Assembly: GCA_964016885.1 (NCBI GenBank)
Contig: CAXHJY010000021.1
Span: 62,001-126,000, forward strand
Source: Eledone cirrhosa
Taxonomy: Eukaryota
DNA length: 64,000 bases
Direction of reading: 5' to 3'
The notes beneath the pieces were generated by a model. It did no database searches and was not told where the DNA came from. It saw only the letters and a program-made list of their open reading frames with translations. A program made the position numbers and the translations under genes. Below, one piece after another: positions 27,043 through 41,500 of this stretch. Numbering within the stretch: position 1 is the first letter of the stretch; the number at the start of each line of letters is the position of its first letter.

Positions 27043-30000
27043 TTAGAGATGCCTACTGGCAAGGCGGGTCTTCTCTGTTACTGAGTACCGCCAAAGGTCT
27101 CGGTCCAGTGACATTGTCTTGGAGAGGTGTAAGTGTGTGAGGTCGGAGTTTATCAGCTCGTCCCAGGTTTTTCTAGGTCTGCCTATTCCGTGGCTACCGT
27201 CTATCTTTATTGCCCTGCACTTTGTTATACAGCTATCGACTTTCATGCGCATCACGTGTCCATACCAACGTAGCCTTCTCTCGAGTAAACAACATCTGAT
27301 CCCTCTTATCTCTAATTTTTTCCTTAGTTCGTTTATGCTTTGCCGTTCACGTATATTACTGTTACACATCCAGCGGAGCATGCAAGCTTCGTTCCTCTCT
27401 AGTCTGCGTATATCCTCTGCACACAATGCCCAGGTCTCACTGCCATGCAACATTGCTGTTCGTATGCAGGCATCGTACAACCTGCCTTTCATTTTTAGGG
27501 AGAACCCTTTAGCAGCTAATAGTGGTATAAGCTCTCTGAACTTTTTCCAACCAGTTCTGACTCTAGCTACAGTACTTTCAGAGCACCCTCCCCCACTGCT
27601 GATTTTATCGCCCAGGTAACGGAAGCTGTCCACTATTTCTATAGAACCCTCTGCGCAATTGAAAGAGCTAGTATTGTGTGGGCACTTGCTGCTACTTATT
27701 GCACCAGAACACCGGCCACATGTAAAATCTATGTTCTTAGTTAGCTTACCTGTGATCCCACTACATCTTTTATGCACCCATACTTTGCATTTAGGACACA
27801 AAATGGAGTTTCTACCTACGCCTTTCCTACACACCGAGCACGACCATTTCCCAGAAGGGACCGCCGCCTTGTTTTCTTTCCTACAGACTAGAACTTTGGT
27901 CTTAGCCAGGTTAATTTTAAGTCCTTTTGACTCTAGGCCGTGCTTCCATGTTTGGAATTTCTTCTCTAGCTCGGCCATTGATTCCGCTATGAGTGTCAGG
28001 TCGTCTGCGTATAGGAGTTCCCATGGGCAGCCTGTCTTGAACTCCTCTGTTATAGCCTGAAGGGCAATAATAAATAGTAGGGGGCTGAGAACAGAGCCCT
28101 GATGGACGCCAACTTTTACGCTAAACTCTTCACTATATTCGTTGTTAATTCTAACCTTGCTGACTGTTTCTTTATACATGGCTTGTATAGCCCTCACAAG
28201 CCATTCGTCAACGCCTAGTTTTCTAAGAGCCCACCAGATAATGGAGCGGGGGACTCTGTCGAAGGCTTTCTCCAAGTCGACAAAAGCTAAGTAGAGGGGT
28301 TTACCTTTAGCTAGGTACTTCTCCTGTAGTTGTCGTACTATGAAAAGAGCGTCTGTGGTACTTTTGCCTGACACAAACCCGAACTGCATTTCATCTAGGT
28401 CAATTCTCTCTCTGATTAGTTGCGCTATTACTTTTTCTGTGACCTTCATGACCTGGTCGATTAATTTAATGCCTCTATAGTTACTCCTATCTAGGGCGTC
28501 TCCTTTACCCTTATAACAGTTAACGATGATGCTGCTATGCCAGTCCTTCGGAACAACCCCATTCTGTACGACTTGGTTAACTATGCGGGTGACCATGGTG
28601 TGTCCCACCGTGCCAGATGCCTTCAGCATCTCAGCAACTATTTCCGAAGGCCCAGCCGCCTTACCTGTCTTCATATCCTTGATTGCCTTACTTATTATAC
28701 TCCCCTCGACTAACACTGCTGGTCCCTCTATTGGGTCGACATGGGGGAGACTGTCTTTCTCCCATTTATTCTCCTCATTTAGTAGCCTTTCATAGTGACA
28801 CTTCCAAGCTGCCTTCTTATCAGTGTCGGTGATGGCAAGTATGCCATCATCGTTAAGTACACACTTCTCCCCGACAATATCACGGTTTTCCTTGACGCAT
28901 TGCCTAGCAATCCTGAACACCTCACGTTTTTGGTCATCGCGTTGTAGGACATGCTTGAACTTTCTTTCCTCAGCTTCCCTTCTTGCTAAGTACACTTCTC
29001 TCCTAGCTTCCCTCCTGGCCACTTGATAGTCTACTCTACTTCCCCCATCCCGCCATACTTTCCAAGCCTGCTTTTTGGCCTTAATTGACTCCTCCACCTT
29101 ACTGTTCCACCACCATGTTACTCTCCTCCTGCCTACAGGCCTGCTCCAGCCACAGACTTCGTCTGTGGCCAACAGCAGGTTTGCTTTCAGAAATTCCCAC
29201 TGTCCCTCTATATTGTCCGACTCTAAGTGTTCTTCCTTACTGTCGAAAGCATCAAGTAATATGTTTTGAAATTTATTTTTGGCTGTGGGGTCCTTTAGCT
29301 TCCATATTTTTCTCCTGAGGATAGTCCTCTTCTGCTGTCGAGTACGTCTCGACCTGACTATGAGGTCGCTAATTATCAGTCTATGTTGGGTGGTGCATTC
29401 TTCATGGGGGAGGGATTTAGTGTTTACAACAGACACTCTGTCACGTCTTCTGGTAAGGATATAATCTACCTGGCTTGTGTGTTCCCCGGATCTATAGGTG
29501 ATCAGGTGATTGTCACGTTTTTTGAAGTTAGTGTTACAGATAGTTAGGTTATTTGCATCACAGAATTCCAGGATTCTGGAGCCTTCCTCATTTCTAGTAC
29601 CAAACCCATAGCCTCCATGGATTTCGTCGTAGCCGTCACAATGTTGCCCAACGTGACCATTTAGGTCGCCTGCAATAATTATATAGTCACTGTCAGATAT
29701 TTGGGAGGTAGTGAGCATCAGTGTCTCATAGAATCTGTCTTTTATAGTGCCGGGCAGTCCGGATTGGGGTGCATACGCAGATATTACTGTCACCGTAGTT
29801 CTATTGAGGACAAGTCGTATTTTAATTATTCTGTCGTTCACTCTATTTACGTCTATTATCTTATCCGCCCACTTTTCTGCTACCATGATTCCTACTCCAC
29901 CCAGCCCATCGTCGTTTCCCGCCCAGAAAAGCTTATAACATCGTTTTTTACCCTCAATGAATCTAGCAGACCCACCCCTCCACCTGGTCTCTTGAATACA

Positions 30001-30297
30001 ACAAACATCGACCTCCTTACGTTCAAGCATTTCTACAACCTCGTTAGCGCGCCCCTTTAGGGTGCCTACATTTATGGTACCAACTCTGAAGTTTTGGATC
30101 GCGTTTGGAGGGTGGGGGTGGTGTGGGGCGGGGGGAGATGGTGTTATGTTAGCCATCCGCGGGCGAAACAAAGAAGAGTGCTCGCATTCTCGTCCACGAG
30201 ATGAATTTGACTTTAGCATTGGCATTTTCGCTCTGAGCGTCCAGATTTTTCTCTCCCCTCCACTCTCCAGGATTCCGCAGTCCGTCCATCCATCCAT
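27043..30297 (-). CDS. RTE LINE polyprotein (1084 aa): APE endonuclease, RT, and a PHD-type finger inserted in RT (27709-27846)
   Basis: Uninterrupted ORF with [60 protein letters not shown]. The true start may be a downstream ATG. Confidence 0.93.
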   Translation of the reverse strand: MDGWTDCGILESGGERKIWTLRAKMPMLKSNSSRGRECEHSSLFRPRMANITPSPPAPHHPHPPNAIQNFRVGTINVGTLKGRANEVVEMLERKEVDVCCIQETRWRGGSARFIEGKKRCYKLFWAGNDDGLGGVGIMVAEKWADKIIDVNRVNDRIIKIRLVLNRTTVTVISAYAPQSGLPGTIKDRFYETLMLTTSQISDSDYIIIAGDLNGHVGQHCDGYDEIHGGYGFGTRNEEGSRILEFCDANNLTICNTNFKKRDNHLITYRSGEHTSQVDYILTRRRDRVSVVNTKSLPHEECTTQHRLIISDLIVRSRRTRQQKRTILRRKIWKLKDPTAKNKFQNILLDAFDSKEEHLESDNIEGQWEFLKANLLLATDEVCGWSRPVGRRRVTWWWNSKVEESIKAKKQAWKVWRDGGSRVDYQVARREARREVYLARREAEERKFKHVLQRDDQKREVFRIARQCVKENRDIVGEKCVLNDDGILAITDTDKKAAWKCHYERLLNEENKWEKDSLPHVDPIEGPAVLVEGSIISKAIKDMKTGKAAGPSEIVAEMLKASGTVGHTMVTRIVNQVVQNGVVPKDWHSSIIVNCYKGKGDALDRSNYRGIKLIDQVMKVTEKVIAQLIRERIDLDEMQFGFVSGKSTTDALFIVRQLQEKYLAKGKPLYLAFVDLEKAFDRVPRSIIWWALRKLGVDEWLVRAIQAMYKETVSKVRINNEYSEEFSVKVGVHQGSVLSPLLFIIALQAITEEFKTGCPWELLYADDLTLIAESMAELEKKFQTWKHGLESKGLKINLAKTKVLVCRKENKAAVPSGKWSCSVCRKGVGRNSILCPKCKVWVHKRCSGITGKLTKNIDFTCGRCSGAISSSKCPHNTSSFNCAEGSIEIVDSFRYLGDKISSGGGCSESTVARVRTGWKKFRELIPLLAAKGFSLKMKGRLYDACIRTAMLHGSETWALCAEDIRRLERNEACMLRWMCNSNIRERQSINELRKKLEIRGIRCCLLERRLRWYGHVMRMKVDSCITKCRAIKIDGSHGIGRPRKTWDELINSDLTHLHLSKTMSLDRDLWRYSVTEKTRLASRHL

Positions 30298-30350
30298 CCA
30301 TCATATATCGAAGGCAACCGTGCAAGCGATAGTATAGGCCTCTGGCTTAT

Positions 30351-30463
30351 GATTGGTCCGCGTAATAATAATAATGGTGATGCGTGTGGGGGGGGGGGGG
30401 GTCTCTGGCTTATAGTAATAATGGTGATGCGTGTGGGGGGGGGTCTCTGGCTTATGATTGGTC
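30351..30463 (-). promoter_or_regulatory. Two CCAAT-box-like motifs (GGACCAATCA) upstream of the RTE-A ORF
   Basis: Also retained at 34862-34871 in an otherwise divergent 5' UTR. Confidence 0.4.
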
Positions 30464-30516
30464 CACGTATTAAGAATGGTGGTGTGTGGGGGCGGGTGGG
30501 AGGGATGTGGGGTAGC

Positions 30517-32299
30517 TAGCTGGAAGGTTATGAATGTTTACCAGCGAGTAACAAAAAGCAAAACTGCAAGATTTGTTCTGTTCAATACGACAAAAACACC
30601 GTATTTAAACCTTAATAAATAACAAAAAATACAGATTTCGGATTTTGCGGGATTGGATGTTTGTACGAAATTGTGGTGTGTGGAGGAGATAGGAAAAACG
30701 TGAACGTTACGATTACATGGTTACACCGTAGTAGGGGTAGTTGAAGCAGCAATTGTTTGGCGAAAGTGAATAAACATGAACGGGAATTTATCTTATATAT
30801 ATATGTGTGTGTGTGTGTGTAGCTAAGAGAGAGAGAGAGAGAGTGGGAAGGGGGAGAGAGAGAGAGAGAGAGAGAGAGTGGCTGACCGCAACCCCTCGTG
30901 AAGAAAATGGTGGGTGAAGGGTGTATGAGCGGGATTTTTGACTTTCGAGGTAGCATGATATATATATTTAAAGTAAATTATAAGAAGTAGAATGGAAAGG
31001 ATTTTGTTGTTTTTTGTTTTTTTTTGTTTGAGAATACGATAGAATTAGGGAATTGGAGGATACGATAGAATTAAGAATGGGAAGGATTTTGTTTTTTTTT
31101 GTTTGGGAATACGATGGAATTAAGGAATTTAAGGAATTGGAGAATACGATAGAATTAGCTGGAAGGTTATGAATGTTTACCAGCGAGTAACAAAAAGCAA
31201 AACTGCAAGATTTGTTCTGTTCAATACGACAAAAACACCGTATTTAAACCTTAATAAATAACAAAAAATACAGATTTCGGATTTTGCGGGATTGGATGTT
31301 TGTACGAAATTGTGGTGTGTGGAGGAGATAGGAAAAACGTGAACGTTACGATTACATGGTTACACCGTAGTAGGGGTAGTTGAAGCAGCAATTGTTTGGC
31401 GAAAGTGAATAAACATGAACGGGAATTTATCTTATATATATATGTGTGTGTGTGTGTGTAGCTAAGAGAGAGAGAGAGAGAGTGGGAAGGGGGAGAGAGA
31501 GAGAGAGAGAGAGAGAGTGGCTGACCGCAACCCCTCGTGAAGAAAATGGTGGGTGAAGGGTGTATGAGCGGGATTTTTGACTTTCGAGGTAGCATGATAT
31601 ATATATTTAAAGTAAATTATAAGAAGTAGAATGGAAAGGATTTTGTTGTTTTTTGTTTTTTTTTGTTTGAGAATACGATAGAATTAGGGAATTGGAGGAT
31701 ACGATAGAATTAAGAATGGGAAGGATTTTGTTTTTTTTTGTTTGGGAATACGATGGAATTAAGGAATTTAAGGAATTGGAGAATACGATAGAATTAGCTG
31801 GAAGGTTATGAATGTTTACCAGCGAGTAACAAAAAGCAAAACTGCAAGATTTGTTCTGTTCAATACGACAAAAACACCGTATTTAAACCTTAATAAATAA
31901 CAAAAAATACAGATTTCGGATTTTGCGGGATTGGATGTTTGTACGAAATTGTGGTGTGTGGAGGAGATAGGAAAAACGTGAACGTTACGATTACATGGTT
32001 ACACCGTAGTAGGGGTAGTTGAAGCAGCAATTGTTTGGCGAAAGTGAATAAACATGAACGGGAATTTATCTTATATATATATGTGTGTGTGTGTGTGTAG
32101 CTAAGAGAGAGAGAGAGAGAGTGGGAAGGGGGAGAGAGAGAGAGAGAGAGAGAGTGGCTGACCGCAACCCCTCGTGAAGAAAATGGTGGGTGAAGGGTGT
32201 ATGAGCGGGATTTTTGACTTTCGAGGTAGCATGATATATATATTTAAAGTAAATTATAAGAAGTAGAATGGAAAGGATTTTGTTGTTTTTTGTTTTTTT
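30517..32299. repeat. Tandem array of a 639-bp unit, ~2.8 apparently identical copies
   Basis: Units start at 30517, 31156 and 31795. The ORF-track entries at 30612 and 31251 are identical. Confidence 0.95.
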
Positions 32300-32310
32300 A
32301 TATATATATA

Positions 32311-32377
<67 letters not shown>

Positions 32378-32402
32378 TTATATATATATATATTTATATA
32401 TA

Positions 32403-32495
<93 letters not shown>

Positions 32496-32498
<3 letters not shown>

Positions 32499-32751
32499 GT
32501 AGGAGGTGAGTTTTATTGTAGTACAATAAAGCAATGCAGATATCGGATAAGAAGCACTCTACAGTTTGTGGGACTGGAGTATGCATAATATAAGATCAAA
32601 AGATGGTTAAAGGAGTTCCATATATTTTATTATGCGCATTTCAAAAACAAACATCATCAAACAATAATATTTGTGTTTTCATCAGATAAAACAGGAGAAC
32701 ATATGAAGGCTAAAAAACACTTGTTGATAGTGCAGTTTTAAATCAACATAT
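32496..32751 (-). mobile_element. PLE-B pLTR terminus fused directly to an RTE-A 5' half
   Basis: Matches 17103-17270 and the reverse complement of 18518-18562. Confidence 0.8.
32623..32693 (-). ncRNA. Type I hammerhead ribozyme (PLE-B)
   Basis: As 17139-17209, with differences confined to the stem II loop. Confidence 0.85.
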
Positions 32752-35289
32752 GCCATTCGTCAACACCTAGTTTTCTCAGAGCCCGCGAGATAATGGAACG
32801 GGGGACTCTGTCGAAGGCTTTCTCCAAGTCAACAAAAGCTAAGTATAGGGGTTTACTTTTAGCTAGGTACTTCTCCTGTAGTTGTCGTACAATGAAAAGA
32901 GCGTCTGTGGTACTTTTGCCTGACACAAAATCGAACTGCATTTCATCTAGATCAATTCTCTCTCTGATTAGTTGCGCTATAACTTTTTCCGTGACCTTCA
33001 TGACCTGGTCGATTAATTTAATGCCTCTATAGTTACTCCTATCTAGGGCATCTCCTTTACCCTTGTAACAGTTTATGATGATGCTGCTACGCCAGTCCTT
33101 CGGGGAAAAAACCCATTCTGTATGATTTGGTTTACTATCCGGGTGACCATAGTGTGTCCCACCGTTCCAGAGGCTTTCAGCATCTCAGCAACTATTTCCG
33201 AAGGCCCAGCCGCCTTACCCATCTTCATATCTTTGATTGCCTTACTTATTATACTACCTTCGACTAACACTGCCGGTCCCTCTATTGGGTCGATGTGGGG
33301 GAGACTGTCTTTCTCCCATTTGTTCTCATTTAGAAGCCTTTCGTAGTGACACTTCCAAGCTACCTTCTTATCAGCGCCAGTGATGGCAAGTATGCCATCA
33401 TCATTAAGTACACACTTCTCCCCGACAATATCACGGTTTTCCTTGACACATTGCCTAACAATCCTGAACACCTCACGTTGTAGAACATGCTTGAACTTTC
33501 TTTCCGCTGCTTCCCTTCTTGCGCAGTACACTTGTCTCCTAGCTTCCCTCCTGGCCACTTGATAGTCTTCTCTACTTCCCCCATCCCGCCATACTTTCCA
33601 AGCCTGCTTTTTGGCCTTAATTGACTCCTCCACCTTACTGTTCCACCACCATGTTACTCTCCTCCTGCCTACAGGCCTGCTCCAGCCATAGACTTCGTCT
33701 GCTGCCGTCAGCAGGTTTGCTTTCAGGAATTCCCACTGTTCCTCTATATTATCTGACTCTAATTGCTCTTCCTTACTGCCGAAAGCATCAAGTAACATGC
33801 TTTGAAATTTATTTCTGGCTGTGGGGTCCTTTAGCTTCCATATTTTTCTCCTGAGGATAGTCCTCTTCTGTTGTCTAGTACGTCTCGTCCTGACTATGAG
33901 GTCACTAATTAGCAGTCAATGTTGGGAGGTGCATTCTTCATGGGGGAGGGATTTAGTGTTTACCACAGACACTCTGTCACGTCTTCTGGTAAGGATATAA
34001 TCTACCTGGCTTGTGTGTTCCCCGGATCTATAGGTGATCAGGTGATTGTCTCGTTTTTTGAAGTTAGTGTTACAGATAGTTAGGTCATTTGCATCACAGA
34101 ATTCCAGGATTCTGGAGCCTTCCTCATTTCTAGTACCAAACCCATAGCCTCCGTGGATTCCGTCATAGCCGTCACAATGTTGACCAACGTGGCCATTTAG
34201 GTCGCCAGCAATAATTATATAGTCACTGTCGGTTATTTGGGAGCTAGTGAGCATCAGTGTCTCATAGAATCTGTCTTTCATAGCACCAGGCAGTCCGGAT
34301 TGGGGCGCGTATGCAGATATTACTGTCACATTTAGAACAAGTCTTATTTTAATTATTCTGTCATTTACTCTATTTACATCTATTATCTTATCCACCCATT
34401 TTTCTGCTAACATGATTCCTACCTCACCTATCCCATTGTCATTTCCCACCCAGAAGAGCTTATAGCAATGTTTTTTACCCACAATGAATCTAGCAGACCC
34501 GCCCCTCCACCTGGTCTCTTGGATACAGCAAACATCAACCTCCTTACGTTCAAGCATTTCTACAACCTCGTGAGAGCGGCCTTTTAAGGTGCCTACATTT
34601 ATGGTACCAACTCTGAAGTTTTGGATTGTGTTTGGAGGATGGGGCGCAGGGATGGGTGAGGGGGTTGGGGTTATGTTGGCCATACGCGGCCGAAACAAAG
34701 AGGAGGGGAACTTGCCCTTTCGTCCGGCAGCATGAGGTGAATTGGTCGTTATCTTTGGCATTGTCATCGAGTGTCCAGATTCTTCAGACTCTCCAGAAAT
34801 TCCTTAGTCCAGCCATCATATCGGAAAGCAGCCCGAGGTGATAGCATAGGCTGTTGACTTGTGATTGGTCCAAATAATAAGGTGGAGAGTGGGGGCGGGA
34901 GGGAGGGTATGGGATAGTTAGCAAAGTGAGGTAGTTAAAAATACAAGAAGATTATTTAGAAACAACCAGACAGAATTATAGAATAGCATTGAGAGAGAGC
35001 AAAGATTGGATTTTGGGCGATATACGGATATATGAATGAATGGACCGATAGCAAAGAGAAGATTATTTAGAACAATATGAATGAATGAACCGATAGGCTG
35101 GGGAGAGATAAGAAAAATGGCATTTACATTATACTTCGCAGGGACGAGGTCTCACCATTTTTGAGCGTTGACAAATTCTGAGATTCGTACCTCGCTACAG
35201 GTTTATTTATATTTGGAGAGAAAAGGGAGTGATTGAAAGGGTGAGCTAGCCAGCGCGTAACACGCTATAGTGGGGACTATAGCGTGTTA
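32752..35289 (-). mobile_element. RTE-A 5' half (5' UTR, APE, start of RT), frameshifted and 3'-truncated at GVDEW
   Basis: ORF pieces 33916-34767, 33073-33798 and 32738-33001 are homologous to the 1084-aa ORF. It ends in a 14-bp hairpin at 35258-35289. Confidence 0.9.
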
Positions 35290-35440
35290 TATATATAAAT
35301 GTCTATATATATATATATAAATAAATATATATAAATATATATAAATATATAAATATATATAAATATATATATAAATATATAAATATATATAAATATATAT
35401 ATGAAATATAAGAATCAAAGAACTGTTCAAAACATTATTG

Positions 35441-35487
35441 TGCTTACAGCTGTTTCCTCCAAACCGAGGTTTGGATTCTTCGGAGCA
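35441..35487 (-). ncRNA. Degenerate minimal hammerhead in a ~140-bp island (additional PLE family)
   Basis: UGCU-CCGAAGA-AUCCAAACC(UC)GGUUUGGAG-GAAA-CAGCUG-UA-AGCA. Carries a U4C core change and a palindromic stem III. Confidence 0.6.
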
Positions 35488-35740
35488 ATTTATTAATGCA
35501 TGGACAGTTATATGACCTCCTTTTCAGCCGAGAGACATATAAATATATATATAAATATATAAATATATATAAATATATATATAAATATATAAATATATAT
35601 ATAAATATATATATAAATATATATATAAATATATATATAAATATATAAATATATAAATATATATATAAATATATAAATATATATATAAATATATATATAA
35701 ATATATATATAAATATATATATAAATATATATATATAAAT

Positions 35741-35771
<31 letters not shown>

Positions 35772-35820
35772 AATATATATATATATAAATATATATATAT
35801 ATAAATATATATATATATAA

Positions 35821-35851
<31 letters not shown>

Positions 35852-36069
35852 AATATATATATAAATATATATATAAATATATATATATAAATATATATAT
35901 AAATATATATATAAATATATATATAAATATATATATAAATATATATATAAATATATATATAAATATATATATAAATATATATATATATAAATATATATAT
36001 AAATATATATATATATAAATATGTAGTGAAAATATGTAGTGTATATGCATGTATGTGTGTATATATATA

Positions 36070-38575
<2,506 letters not shown>

Positions 38576-41500
38576 AGACAGATTCTACGAGACACTGATG
38601 CTCGCTACCTCCCAAATAACCCACAGTGACTATATAGTTATTGCAGGCGACCTAAATGGTCACGTTGGACAACATTGTGACGGCTATGACGGAATCCATG
38701 GAGGTTATGGGTTCGGTACTAGAAATGAGGAAGGCTCCAGAATCCTGGAATTCTGCGACGCAAATAACTTAACTATCTGTAACACTAACTTCAAAAAACG
38801 AGACATTCACTTGATCACCTATAGATCGGGGGAACACACAAGCCAGGTAGATTATATCCTTACCAGAAGACGTGACAGAGTGTCTGTTGTTAACACTAAA
38901 TCCCACCCCCATGAAGAATTCACCTCCCAACATAGACTGATAATTAGCGACCTCATAGTCAGGACGAGACGTACTAGACAGCGGAAGAGGACTATCCTCA
39001 GGAGAAAAATATGGAAGCTAAAGGACCCCATAGCCAGAAATAAATTTCAAAGCATATTACTTGACGCTTTCGACAGTAAGGAAGAGCAATTAGAGTCGTA
39101 TAATATAGAGGAACAGTGGGAATTCCTGAGAGCAAACCTGCTGACGGCGGCAGACGAAGTCTGTGGCTGGAGCAGGCCTGTAGGTAGGAGGAGAGTAACA
39201 TGGTGGTGGAACAGTAAGGTGGAGGAGTCAATTAAGGCCAAAAAGCAGGCTTGGAAAGTATGGCGGGATGGGGGAAGTAGAGAAGACTATCAAGTGGCCA
39301 GGAGGGAAGCTAGGAGACAAGTGTACTTCGCAAGAAAGGAAGCAGAGGAAAGAAAGTTCAAGCATGTTCTACAACGTGAGGACCAAAAACGTGAGGTGTT
39401 CAGGATTGCCAGGCAATGTGTCAAGGAAAACCGTGATATTGTCGGGGAGAAGTGTGTACTTAACGATGATGGCATACTTGCCATCTCCGACGCTGATAAG
39501 AAGGTAGCTTGGAAGTGTCACTACGAAAGGCTTCTAAATGAGGAGAACAAATGGGAGAAAGACAGTCTCCCCCAGATCGATCCAATAGAGGGACCAGCAG
39601 TGTTAGTTGATGGTAGTATAATAAGTAAGGCAATCAAAGATATGAAGACGGGTAAGGCGGCTGGGCCTTCGGAAATAGTTGCTGAGATGCTGAAAGGATC
39701 TGGTTCGGTGGGACACACCATGGTCACCCGGATAGTTAACCAAGTCGTACAGAATGGGATTGTTCCGAAGGACTGGCGTAGCAGCATCATCGTTAACTGC
39801 TATAAGGGAAAAGGAGATGCCCTAGATAGGAGTAACTATAGAGGCATTAAATTAATCGACCAGGTCATGAAGGTCACGGAAAAAGTAATAGCGCAACTAA
39901 TCAGAGAGAGAATTGATCTAGATGAAATGCAGTTCGGGTTTGTGTCAGGCAAAAGTACCACAGACGCTCTTTTCATTGTACGACAACTACAGGAGAAGTA
40001 CCTAGCTAAAAGTAAACCCCTATACTTAGCTTTCGTCGACTTGGAGAAAGCCTTCGACAGAGTCCCCCGTTCCATTATCTGGTGGTCTCTTAGAAAACTA
40101 GGTGTTGATGAATGGCTTGTGAGAGCTATACAAGCCATGTATAAAGAAACAGTCAGTAAGGTTAGAATTAACAACGAATATAGTGAAGAGTTTAGCGTAA
40201 AAGTTGGTGTTCATCTGGGCTCTGTTCTAAGCCCCCTACTATTTATTATTGCCCTTCAGGCTATAACAGAGGAGTTCAAGACCGGCTGCCCATGGGAACT
40301 CCTATACGCAGATGATCTAACGCTCATAGCTGAATCAATGACCGAACTAGAGAAGAAATTCCAAACATGGAAGCACGGCCTAGAATCAAAAGGCCTTAAA
40401 ATTAACCTGGCTAAGACTAAAGTTCTAGTTTGTAGGAAAGAAAATAAGGCGGCGGTCCCATCTGGGAAATGGCCATGCTCAGTGTGTAGGAAAGGCGTAG
40501 GTAGAAACTCCATTTTATGTCCCAAATGCAAAGTATGGGTGCATAAAAGATGTAGTGGGATCACAGGTAAGCTAACTAAAAACATAGATTTTACATGTGG
40601 CCGGTGCTCTGGTGCAATAAGTAGCAGCAAGTGCCCACAAAATACTAGCTCCTTCAACTGCGCAGAGGGTTCTATAGAAATAGTGGACAGCTTCCGTTAT
40701 CTGGGTGGCAAAATCAGCAGTGGGGGAGGGTGCTCTGAAAGTACAGTAGCTAGAGTCAGAACTGGATGAAAAAAGTTCAGAGAGCTTATAACACTATTAG
40801 CCGCTAGAGGGTTCTCCCTAAAAATGAAAGGCAGGTTATACGATGCCTGCATACAAACAGCAATGCTGCATGGCAGTGAGACCTGGGCATTGTGTGCAGA
40901 GGATATACGCAGACTAGAGAGGAACGAAGCTTGCATGCTCCGCTGGATGTGCAATAGTAATATACGTGAACGGCAAAGCATAAACGAACTAAGGAAAAAA
41001 TTAGAAATAAGATGGATCAGATGTTGTTTACTCGAGAGAAGGCTACGTTGGTACGGTCACGTGATGCGCATGAAAGACAGCTGTATAACAAAGTGCAGGG
41101 CAATAAAGATAGACGGTAGCCACGGAGTAGGCAGACCCAGAAAAACATGGGACGAGCTGATAAATTCCGACCTCACACACTTACACCTCTCCAAGACAAT
41201 GTCACTGGACCGAGACCTTTGGCGGTACTCAGTAATAGAGAAGACCCGCCTTACCTAAATACAAAGTAAAAACCTACTACAGTCAGTAGGCATCTCTATC
41301 AAAACACACACCCGTCCCACCACCTCCACCCCACCCACACCGCCCCTTTCAATGTAAAGTTATATTGGTCCCACAACATCCAGGCCGAAACAAATGAGAT
41401 CGTCTAGGTTTCACGACAAAAAACACACAGTCCACGCTGTAAATGTGGCCGTGTAGGCAACACGGTAAAAACCTCCCAGCCCCACACTGTAAATGTGGTT

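Noticed and set aside
27119-29938. Recurrent antisense ORFs over RTE copies
   Set aside because: Shadow frames of the RT ORF that recur only because the element is repeated
30612-31595. Duplicated 114-aa ORF in the 639-bp unit
   Set aside because: It runs through (CT)n and (CA)n tracts and has no recognisable domain
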